Below, one piece after another: positions 53,746 to 64,000 of a DNA stretch of 64,000 nucleotides (position 1 is the stretch's first letter; each line of letters starts with the position of its first letter). The position numbers and the translations under genes were made by a program. The stretch comes from Mobula hypostoma. Taxonomy: Eukaryota. Location of the stretch: positions 50,842,001-50,906,000 of the forward strand of contig NC_086097.1 of NCBI RefSeq assembly GCF_963921235.1, in the 5' to 3' direction. The notes below the pieces were generated by a model that made no database searches, was not told the DNA's origin, and worked only from the letters and a program-made list of their open reading frames with translations.

Positions 53746-54393
53746 TCTTTGATGTCACACTCAGTCAAGGGCAGTCATTCTCAACTTAGCTCTGGAATTC
53801 AGTTCTTTGGTTTTTGTTTAGACTGAGGTCACAATGAAATTTGGGGAAGGTGGACCTGGTAACACCAAAACAAGGCTTTAGTGAGCTGGTGAACAGTGAC
53901 TATGTGCTGATTGATTGCACTGACAATGACCCTCTTATTACTAAGTTTATCATTGATAGTAGACTGATTGAGCAGTAATTAGCCAGATTGGATTCATGTT
54001 GCATTTTGTCACAGGGCAAACTGGGCAGTTTTCTACATTACCGGGTAGATTCCAGTGTTGCCAAGTACTTAAGCAGCTTGGCTAGTGGTGCAGCTAGCTC
54101 TGTAGCGTGTGTCTTCGAACTACTTTACTATAGATTTAATACCAGCTTTACTTGGCTGACTCTCAACAGAAGGCCAACGTAGTGTACATAAGTGAGCTGG
54201 CTATTGAAAAATGAAGTCCATCATCCATCTTGCACAGATAAACAGCTTAAACAAATGAAATGCATGGCAACCACCTAGCTCCTCAAATTTAGTGCGCAAG
54301 GGTGATAATAGGTCAGGACAACATAAACAGGATAAGTAGAAATACATGACAGAATTTACAGAAGCTACTCATAGAGAAGAGAGAGTTACTTAC

Positions 54394-54462
54394 GATCCAT
54401 GCAGACAAGAACTGTATCCCTTTCCAACTGGGTTACATGGATGGTATCTAACTGGCAGGTGG
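54394..54462 (-). CDS. MAP4K5: MAP4K5 exon (CNH domain)
   Basis: (A)TCQLDTIHVTQLERDTVLVCMD. AG/GT borders, 69 bp. Confidence 0.93.
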
Positions 54463-55150
54463 CTAAAAACAATAATGCAGGCAATTAAAGCATTAGACAG
54501 AAATTTAAGTTTGTTTACTTATTTTTTAAAAACTATTTTCCCCAGTAGATGATCAAAAGGTGCTTTGACAAACAGTATAAAGCTGGGTCTGATGTAAATA
54601 AGTTAATAGATAAAACTGTACTAGAATACATCAGCAGGAGAGGCCATCAGGCCTTTCAAACCAGGCCTGCTATTTATTATAATCAGGGCTGCCCTACGCT
54701 GATCTCAGCTCCTGTTTTATGTCATTTCTTCATATCCTCTATTACTTCATCTATCAAATATTTATCCACCTCAGAGTGGAATAATACTAATGATTCAGCT
54801 TCCACAGTTTGCTTGGGTAAAAAGTTCTAGAGATTCACCACTGTACGAGAACTTTCTACATACCTCTGTTTTAAATGGCTGGCCCCTTGTAGTTATATCC
54901 CCTTGTTTAAGACTCTCCCAAAAGTAAAAACATCCCAATGTCTACCTTGTCAAGCTTCCTTAGGATCTTCTAAGCTCCAAGGAAAGCAAGCCCAAACTAT
55001 TCAGATTATCCCATCCTAGGAATTAGGATGTACTTCCTTCAATATTTTGTAAGGAGACCCAGATACCATTGGAGCTATGCACCATTTTGCAGAAAACTAC
55101 TAAGTTACTGACCATGACCAAAGTTACGTTAGTCTAAAGATATGTCATAC

Positions 55151-55328
55151 CTGAACCAACCTCTGTAAACCACGAGGAAGAAGAATTCAGGTTTATTGTC
55201 TGAAACCGGACCACCTGGCTGGGTTCACTGCCCTTACTGATGGCTACACAGATCATTGGGTATTCTTGTTCAGGTACCACAAGCATTTCGAACACTTTCA
55301 GAGGGCTTGGAAGTGGAAAATCAAAATG
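55151..55328 (-). CDS. MAP4K5: MAP4K5 exon (CNH domain)
   Basis: [59 protein letters not shown], 178 bp. FPLPSPL and VAISKG favour MAP4K5 over MAP4K3. Confidence 0.96.
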
Positions 55329-55781
55329 CTGGAAGGAAGAATGAAGAAAAATCAAAATGACAGTTTTTGTCATGTGAAAACCAGCATTAAAGCATTTTAA
55401 CATGCTTAGACACAAGTAGAAAAATGTAGACCTTCAAAAACAACAGATAACTGAAGATTACAAACACACCAACACATACTTGCATGCTATTTAAATACAT
55501 GCATCTATTTATTAGTAGTCAACATTTAGATGCTATTGAAACAAAAAAATCCAGTACCAAAATAGTAAATATCATGGTAGGACAACCCTCCCATTTCAAG
55601 AATTAGCCTGATAAATCTCCTCTGTAATGCTTCAAATGTGAGTATATTTTTAAGGCAAGGAGACCAAAACTGTACACTGTATTCCTAGTGAGTTCTCACA
55701 CACTGTATAATTTCAACTAAACCTCTATATTTTTAAAGAAGGGTTTTAAAAATAATATGCAGAAAGGTGAAACAAACTGAC

Positions 55782-55885
55782 CTTAATTAGCATGAATTTT
55801 TGCATTGGTTCATACCACTGAAGCAAAACAATACCAGACTGTAGTGCTCCGCAGAGGTACTTCCATCCGGTGTATGGATTCCGCA
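55782..55885 (-). CDS. MAP4K5: MAP4K5 exon (CNH domain)
   Basis: (V)[38 protein letters not shown] borders, 104 bp. Confidence 0.95.
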
Positions 55886-56405
55886 CTAAAATTAACGAAC
55901 AGAGATCAATTACAAATGTTGATAAAAGCTATTAAAAATCAGTATACTTCTGCATGATAAAATGAATGAGTTTTCAATAGATTAATGCATCAACCCAGAT
56001 AAGTGTGAGGTGGTTCATTTTGGTAGGTCAAATACGATGGCAGAATATAGTATTCTTTTTAAATCTTTTTATTGAGTAAGTATACAAAAAAGGTAAGCCA
56101 TATAAACATTAATACAATGTTAAAGTATAATAAAATTCCAAAAGATATCAATACCAAAAAGAAATTACTACAAACAATGTAATTTAAACATAAGAAACCA
56201 AGATAACATAATAGTATACTAAATTTTATATATATCAATGGAAAAAAAAGAAAAAAAAACCCCCAAAAAAAACCCACCGTGCAGCTAACTAAAAGCAAAG
56301 CAAAGCAATGGGCTAACTTGAAACCAAACAGAGTTAAACTTAAAATCACGTCCTCAATCCCGACCTCCATTAAAAACAGTGAAAAAAAAACAAGAAGGGT
56401 AAATA

Positions 56406-59400
56406 TTACATTAAATGAAAATATCGAATAAAAGGTCCCCAAATCTGTTCAAATTTAAATGAAGAATCATAAAGGTTACTTCTAATTTTCTCCAAATTCA
56501 AACATAAGATCGTCTGAGAAAACCAAAAAAAGGTAGTTGGAGCATTAAGCTCTTTCCAATGTTGTAAAATACATCTTTTCGCCATTAAAGTAAGAAATGC
56601 AATCATTCTACGGGCTGAAGGGGAAAGATTACTAGAAATTTTAGGTAGTCCAAAGATAGCAGTAATAGGGTGAGGAGAGATATCTATATTTAATACCTTA
56701 GAAATAATATTGAAAATATCTCTCCAAAAAGTTTCCAAAGCAGGGCAAGACCAAAACATATGAGTTAAAGAGGCTATCTGCCCCGAACATCTATCACAGA
56801 AAGGATTAATATGCGAGTAAAAACGCGCTAACTTATCTTTGGACATATGTGCTCTATGAACCACTTTAAATTGAATTAGGGAATGTTTAGCACAAATAGA
56901 GGAAGTATTAACTAATTGTAAAATCTGCCCCCAATCATCCACAGAAATGGTAAGCCCCAATTCCTGTTCCCAATCTACCCTAACCTTATCAAATGGAGCT
57001 TTCCTAAGTTTCATAATAATATTATAAATCATAGCCGATGCACCTTTCTGACATGGATTAAGGTTAATTATCGAATCTAAAATATATGTAGGAGGAAGCA
57101 TTGGAAAGGAAGAAAGTATAGTACTTAGGAAATTTCTAACTTGTAAATATCTAAAAAAATGTATTCTTGATAAGTTATATTTATTAGATAATTGTTCAAA
57201 AGACATAAGGGAACCATCTAAAAATAAATCCAAAAACCGTAAAATACCCTTAGTCTTCCAAGTTTGAAAAGCGCGATCCGTAAAAGAGGGAGGAAAAAAT
57301 ATGTTACCTAAAATAGGAATCGCTAACCCGAATTGATTAAGATCAAAAATTTTTCTGAATTGAAACCAAATGCGCAAAGCATATTTAACTATCGGGTTAG
57401 AGATCTGCTTAAGACGTTTCGAATCAAAAGGGAGAGAGGAGCCTAAAATAGAACCAAGTGTATAACCCTAAACCGATTGTAATTCCAATGCTACCCATTT
57501 AGGAATAGATAGTATGTCCTGGTCAAGTAACCAAAATTTCATATGTCGAATATTAATAGCCCAATAATAGAATCTAAAGTTAGGTAATGCTAAACCTCCA
57601 TCTCTCTTAGCTTTCTGTAAATGTATTTTACCCAGTCTCGGATTCTTATTCTGCCAAATAAATGAAGAAATTTTAGAGTCAACTTTATCAAAAAAAGATT
57701 TTGGAACGAAAATTGGTAATGCCTGAAACACATATAAAAATTTTGGCAAAAAAAACATCTTAACCGCATTAATACGACCAATCAAAGTTAAATATAAAGG
57801 AAACCATTTAGATGAAAGTTGAGTAATATGGTCTATTAATGGTAAAAAGTTAGTCTTAAATAAATCTTTGTATTTACAAGTAATTTTAATCCCAAGATAT
57901 GAAAAGTAATTATTAATCAATTTAAATGGAAATTTATAATATAAGGGAAGATGTTTATTAATCGGAAAAAGTTCACTCTTACTAAGATTTAATTTATAAC
58001 CTGAGAAAAGACCAAATTGTGCTAATAACTCTAAAACAGCAGGAATGGATCTCTCAGGATTAGAAATATATAAAAGTAAATCATCAGCATAGAGTGATAA
58101 TTTATGGGACTTTAATCCCCGAGTTATCCCAGTAATATTTGAAGATTCTCGAATAGCAATTGCAAGAGGTTCTAATGCAATATCAAATAATAGGGGACTA
58201 AGAGGACAGCCTTGTCGAGTACCACGAAAGAGAGGAAAAAAAGGTGAGTTTAAAGAGTTAGTACGAACCGAGGCTACAGGGGAGTGATATAACAGTTTAA
58301 TCCAGGATATAAATCTCAAGCTAAAATTAAACATTTCAAGCACCTTAAATAAATAAGGCCATTCTACTCTATCAAAAGCTTTCTCGGCATCTAAAGAAAT
58401 AACACACTCAGGAACATTTTGTGAGGGAGTATAAACGATATTTAACAATGTACGAATATTATAAAAAGAGTAACGACCTTTAATAAAACCCGTTTGGTCC
58501 TCCGAAATAATAGAAGGAAGTACTTTTTCTAGTCTATTTGCTAATAACTTAGAAAAAACTTTAGAATCAACATTTAATAAAGATATTGGTCTATAAGATG
58601 CACATTGAGCAGGGTCTTTATCCTTCTTTAGTATTAGAGAAATTGATGCTCTATTAAAAGATTCAGGAAGTTTACCAAGTTTCAAAGAAGCCTCAAAAAC
58701 CCTACCGAGCCAAGGAATCAATAAAGAAGCAAAACATTTATAAAATTCAACGGTAAACCCATCAGGGCCAGGAGCTTTCCCCAGATTCATAGAAAAAATA
58801 ACATTCTTAATCTCATCCATTGTAATGGAAGTATCTAATAAGGAAGACATATCCTGTGAAATCTGAGGGAAGTCTAACTTATCTAAAAAATCATTCATAT
58901 ATTTAGAATCTCGAGGAGACTCTGATTGATATAAAGAAGAATAAAAATCACAAAAGGTTTGATTAATCCCCACATGATCCAGTATCAATCGATCATTTTG
59001 GTTATAAATCTGATTGATTTGAGATTTAACATAATTAGATTTCAATTGATTAGCCAGCAGCTTGCCAATTTTGTCACTGTGAACATAAAAGTCACTTCTT
59101 GTTTTCTTTAATTGGTTTACAATCGAGGACGAGAGTAGTAAACTGTGTTCCATTTGAAGTTCAGTTCTTTGTTTATATAACTCCTCAGAAGGAGCCATAA
59201 CATATTTCTTATCAATTTCTTTAATCTTGTCCACAATTACCATCTCCTCCTGCTTCTGTTTCTTCCTCAAAGCAACAGAATACGAAATAATCTGACCCCG
59301 AATATAGGCTTTAAAAGTGTCCCAAAGAGTGTTAACCGAAATATCTTCTGTATGGTTAATTGTAAAAAAAAAGCTCAATCTGTTCATTCATAAAATTAAC

Positions 59401-60182
59401 AAAGTCCCAGTCCTGAAGCAACAGCGAATTAAAAGCCATTGTCTATTATTCGGTATCTTGGCCATAATTTTAATAGAAAGCTTAAGTGGAGCATGATCCG
59501 AAATGGTTATAGAATCATAATCACATTTAATCACTGAAGGAATAAGACGAGAATCAATGAAAAAATAATCAATTCTTGAATAGGAATGATGAACATGTGA
59601 AAAGAAGGAAAAATCTTTTTCCTGAGGATGCAGAAAACGCCAAATGTCCGTCGACCCAGAATCAGAAAGGAAAAAATTAATCAGATTTGCAGATTTATTA
59701 GGTAAAGTCCGTAAAGGAGCCGAACGGTCCAAAGCTGGAGACAAACAGGTATTAAGATCTCCGCCCCAGATCAATGAAAACTCGTTCAAATTCGGAAACT
59801 GATCGAACAATGATTTATAAAATTCCGGACAATCCATATTAGGAGCATAAACATTAACCAAAACTACTTTTTTATTAAATAGTAAACCACTAACCAATAA
59901 AAATCTACCATTCGGATCAGAAATAATATCCTGTTGTATAAAAGTAACTGAGGAATCTATAAAAATAGAGACGCCTCGAATTTTAGCATTGGAGTTCGAA
60001 TGAAATTGTTGTCCCTTCCAGAATTTGAAAAAACGTAGTCTGTCCCCCCTCCGTACATGGGTCTCTTGTAAAAATAAAATTTGTGCTTTAAGTCTCCGGA
60101 ACACTTTAAAAACTTTTTTCCTTTTAATAGGATGATTAAGACCATTAGTATTCCAGGAGACAAAATTAATAATAGACTCCAT
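56406..60182 (-). pseudogene. L1 ORF2 (APE endonuclease, RT, Cys/His C-terminus), ~1258 codons, disrupted
   Basis: SWNTNGL, FLQETH, NVYAPN, SDH, PGPDG, QGCPLSP, YADD and CDRC..HMFWSC. The three track ORFs share one frame. Breaks are a compensating -1/+1 indel pair (~59365-59435) and a TAG at 57468-57470. Confidence 0.92.
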
Positions 60183-60903
60183 AAATCCTAAAGTCAACCC
60201 ACAACAAGGAGGATTGACGATAGGCGCGACCCACAAACCCGGAGAGGAAACAGAACATACAAAAGATACCGGGAAAAAGGACGCAACCAGTACTTCAATA
60301 ATGTATATAGCCCAAAGAGAAACAAACTAAAACGTGAAGCCCCTCCCACCACCCCCCACCCCAAGACCCCAAGGCAAAATCTAAAGCAGACCCGCCAGAA
60401 AGAAGCAAGCGCTAAAACTACCCCCGTGACTTCCGGTATACGCTCCCTAAAAAAAAAGGTATAAATATGAAAAAGGATCAGCTAATTGTAAAACAGTAAA
60501 AAAGTAAAAAAAAAGGTAGCTCAATTAAAATACACACAGAACAGAACAAAAGCCGGAAAATATATATTAAAAAAAAACCACAATAAACCTCAAACCCATG
60601 AATAGACACAGCAACAAGAAACAATAAGATTATTGACATAAAGTGGTTATAAAAAGCAAAACAGAATAAAATTTTAAAAAAAACTACAAAATTTAAGGCC
60701 ACACAGGAAATACGTAAGATGACAAAAGGGAAGTAACCACCCAGAATCCCCTGGGGAAAGAAAGAAATGACGCAGTTAAAAAGAAAGTTTAGCAACCATA
60801 TTAAGAAATCAAAAGTAAACTTTTCTGCCCAAATAGGGCACGAAAAAGTTAAAACCAACCAATTCACAGCCTCCGATCAACGGAGATAATTAAAAAAAAG
60901 CAA

Positions 60904-61803
60904 TTAAGATGTTGAAGATGAAAGTTGATCCAGATAACTCTGGGCATCCGATGGAGAATCAAAAAAACGAAGGGCTCCATCTGACATGCGAATCCTTAGA
61001 CGTGCAGGGTACAGCAGCGCTGGTCTTAAATCCATCTTATAGAATTCCGACATCACGGATCTGTAACGAACCCGTTGGTCCCAGATTGGTTTACTGAAAT
61101 CTTCCACGAATCGGAACTTAAGATCCGAAAAATCAATGAAACCTTTAGATCGAGCGAATCGAAACAGTCTCTCCTTGTCTTGAAAATAATGAAAACGTAA
61201 AATAACATGCCTAGGTCTATCTGACCTAGACGAATATGATGGGATTCTGTGAACACGATCCAGAAGCGGTGGTTGGTCAGGAAATACAGTAGGGAATGCA
61301 TCTTTTAAAAGTTGAGAAAAATATTTCATGGGATTGTTGGATTCCACGGCTTCCCTCACCCCGATCATTCGTAAATTCTGCCGTCGCATTCTAGATTCCA
61401 AGTCAGAGTTTTTAAAAGTCAAAAAGTCAAGTTTCTTCTTCATTACATTAATTGTTTCTTCGATTTTCCCCATCTTAAGCTCACTTTGTTGCGCGAATTT
61501 TTGAAGATCAGATATAGCCGACTGATGTTCCGCAATACATGTTTGCATCTTATCAATTAAATCGGCAATTTTCTGGAAATTAGTTGAGATTTCCGTATTA
61601 ATCAGGTCTTTAACAGAGCCTGCAATTTCCGTACGAATCATCTCCCTAACAGAGGTTGAAATTTCCCTCTGAATTAACTCCGATATCGCTTTCAAAGTCA
61701 CCGGTGATTCAGTCGGGGGGAGATCCGTAGCTTTCGGTTTAACCGGAGGTTTACCATCCTTGCCGTTTTTCCCGTTCTTAGACATAGCAGATCTAAGTAT
61801 CAT
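60904..61803 (-). CDS. L1 ORF1 RNA-binding protein (coiled coil, RRM, CTD)
   Basis: Intact 299-aa ORF with DLESRMRRQNLRMIGVRE, LDRVHR, PRHVILRF and LLYPARLRI motifs. Confidence 0.9.
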   Translation of the reverse strand: MILRSAMSKNGKNGKDGKPPVKPKATDLPPTESPVTLKAISELIQREISTSVREMIRTEIAGSVKDLINTEISTNFQKIADLIDKMQTCIAEHQSAISDLQKFAQQSELKMGKIEETINVMKKKLDFLTFKNSDLESRMRRQNLRMIGVREAVESNNPMKYFSQLLKDAFPTVFPDQPPLLDRVHRIPSYSSRSDRPRHVILRFHYFQDKERLFRFARSKGFIDFSDLKFRFVEDFSKPIWDQRVRYRSVMSEFYKMDLRPALLYPARLRIRMSDGALRFFDSPSDAQSYLDQLSSSTS

Positions 61804-62917
61804 CCAGTTGTCGGAGAATTCAGTTTAATTCAAAGTATTGTAAGAATTGATGCCTTAATGGTTAATTAAAGTATAGCTGACCATAGAGAAAAAAAACTCA
61901 GAGGTAATGGAGCGAGTCAAGAACGCGACTTCACTCCATGAGCGCTACCGGAAGTCTCTCCAGAATATAGTATTAATGATAAGACTCTTGGCAGTGTGGA
62001 GGATCAGAGGGATCTTGGGGTCTGAGTCCATAGGACACTCAAAGCTGCTGCACAGGTTGACTCTGTAGTTAAGAAGGTATACGGTGTACTGGCCTTCATC
62101 AACAGTGGGATTGAGTTTAAGAGCCGAGAGGTAATGTTGCAGTTATATAGGACCCTGGTCAGACCCCACTTGGAGTACTGTGCTCAGTCCTGGTCACCTT
62201 ACTACAGGAAGGACATGGAAACCATAGAAAGGGTGCAGAGTTTTACAAGGATGTTGCCTGGATTGGGGAGCATGCCTTATGAGAATAGGTTGAGTGAACT
62301 CAGCATTTTCTCCTTGGAGCGATGGAGGATGAGAGGTGACCTGATAGAGGTGTACAAGATAATGAGAGGCATTGATCATGTGGATAGTCAGAGGCTTTTT
62401 TCCCCCAAGGGCTGAAATGGCTAGCAAGAGAAGGCATAGTTTTAAGGTGCTTGGAAGCAGGTACAGAGGAGATGTCAGGGGCAATTTTTTTTTTTTTTTT
62501 TAAAATACGCAGAGAGTGGTGAGTGTGTGGAATGGGCTGCCGGCGGCGGTGGTGGAGGCGAAACGATAGGGTCTTTTTAGAGACTCCTGGATGGACACAT
62601 GGAGCTTAGAAAAATAGAGGGCTATGGGTAAGTCTAGGTAGTTTTAAGTTAAGGACATGTTCGGCACAGCTTTGCAGGCTGAAGGGCCTGTATTGTGCTG
62701 TATGTTTTCTATGTTTCTAACATTAAATTCAATTTTCATGTGCTAACCACCATACATGATTTTTATATCTTGTGCACATTCACTGTTGAATTGCCTATAA
62801 GAAAGGCTTGTGTGATCAGGCAATGAAATGGATACCCTTAACTTCTTCCTAAAGAGCCAATTATGGCATCATGCCATTAGGTATATTAAACAAAACAAAA
62901 ATTAAAACTTTACTCAC

Positions 62918-62976
62918 CAATGCAACATTTGTGGCAACCTTTAGTTTCAGGAATTTTTGTTGTTAAGGCAAATCTC
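62918..62976 (-). CDS. MAP4K5: MAP4K5 exon (CNH domain)
   Basis: (R)RFALTTKIPETKGCHKCCI. AG/GTGAGT borders, 59 bp. Confidence 0.95.
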
Positions 62977-63525
62977 CTGCAAGTAGTATACAAGTCAATC
63001 TAAATTCTATTTGACAGCTTCATATTGTAACACATTAACACACCGTGTTTATTTCCAGTATTTAATATCCTGAACTATTCACTATTAACCAGTCATATTT
63101 TTTAATTTGTTGTTTCACCATACCATTCATTTCTATCTGTATTCCATGAGCACTTAACAGGTTATTCTCCATGATATGTTCATATTTTTCCATTATTTTC
63201 TTTTAAATGCAATTTATCAGTATGACCTTCAATTCTGATTAAGGGACTATGCATCCAAAGCAAAGTTCTCTGTGCTAATCCTATCTGAAAAGCTGCATTC
63301 CCTGTATTTCTAATACCATATTTTTTCAATCAGACAGACATTTGATTGCAGATGTTTCAGTACCAGTCATGTTTTACCTGGAGCTAATTGAAAAAGGAGA
63401 CTATAGAATGTGGAATAGCATTCCAGTATGAAGAAAGCAGACTTAACATTGTTTCAATCCTTAACAGTACTAGGTTTTAAACATTTTTAAACAACACTTA
63501 ATTCTACAAAATGAAGTTTCCTTAC

Positions 63526-63640
63526 CTGGGTATTATCTTATCAGGAAAACGATGTGTTTGAATATGGGATGCTAACCCAGGTTTCTTTGCCTGTTCAAAT
63601 AAGCCAACTAGGTTGTGTGAATAAAGCTGAAACGTTTTAC
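63526..63640 (-). CDS. MAP4K5: MAP4K5 exon (CNH domain); gene continues beyond the right edge
   Basis: (G)KTFQLYSHNLVGLFEQAKKPGLASHIQTHRFPDKIIP. AG/GTAAG borders, 115 bp. Confidence 0.95.
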
Positions 63641-64000
63641 CTGCAATTGTAGAGAAACATGACCATTAATGTCAAAAAATTGACAACTAAAATCAAAATC
63701 TGGCAGGCAAAAAATGGCATAGAAAATTTAGACTTTGGTACAGGCTAGATGTAGCCACATGTAGAGAAAAGGCACAGCAAACAAAACCAGAGCTCACGGC
63801 ATCATGGCAAAACAAATGGAAAGTATGAGGCAGAAAGAGCAGACACATGACAGTGAGATCCAGATTGAACATACAATACTCAGAGGGAAGTGAAAAAATA
63901 AGGTTAGAGAGACAATGCAAAAATAGCTGCTAACATGATCTTCTGTCTACTTCTAATCAGTAAGTGACTAGGACAAGGACTGGGATTGATTCAGGACCTA

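Larger units (their letters stand above)
56055..61960 (-). mobile_element. Full-length L1 retrotransposon (5906 bp)
   Basis: 5' UTR, ORF1, ~720-bp spacer, ORF2 and 3' UTR with AATAAA (56068-56073). Perfect TSD cagaatatagtatt at 56041-56054 and 61961-61974. Confidence 0.96.
55985..62718 (+). mobile_element. CR1 3' portion split by the full-length L1
   Basis: NPDKCEVVHFGRSN at 55991-56032 continues after 61961 into LQLYRTLVRPHLEYC...RMRGDLIEVYKIMRG and a (tatgtttc)n tail. Confidence 0.85.

Noticed and set aside
56059..56442. Hydrophobic 127-aa ORF in the L1 3' UTR, and a 129-aa ORF in the spacer (60478-60867)
   Set aside because: T-rich low-complexity sequence yields Phe/Leu/Ile ORFs. The frame is not preserved in the sister 3' UTR at 1370-1726.

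Overview
Vertebrate nuclear DNA, AT-rich and repeat-dense. The repeat content (V-domain/HE1-like SINEs, CR1, Rex1/Babar, Penelope-like elements) suggests a cartilaginous fish, probably a ray; this is inference. Two spliced genes lie head-to-tail on the minus strand. MAP4K5 contributes its last 9 coding exons (CNH domain, 63640->45881) and 3' UTR. CDKL1 contributes a CpG-island promoter and its first two coding exons (40073-39906, 5037-4916), separated by a 34.9-kb intron. Most ORFs in the supplied track are spurious or transposon debris. Main points of interest: (1) a young Penelope-like family carrying minimal hammerhead ribozymes, with five core-intact copies, three on the CDKL1 pre-mRNA strand. 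It includes a 96-bp ribozyme-only insertion and a 1.5-kb fold-back insertion, mostly with 12-14 bp target-site duplications (TSDs) and a shared asymmetric inverted geometry. (2) A 1.3-kb non-autonomous Helitron with an open ORF of six 23-aa STPR-like repeats. (3) A nearly intact full-length L1 in a MAP4K5 intron, whose 5' end is complementary to its inter-ORF spacer. (4) A 1.8-kb (GT/GC) tract that grew inside a Penelope end, a 38-bp minisatellite and an unclassified fold-back element. All calls were made by eye with no database searches, and boundaries of old repeats are approximate.
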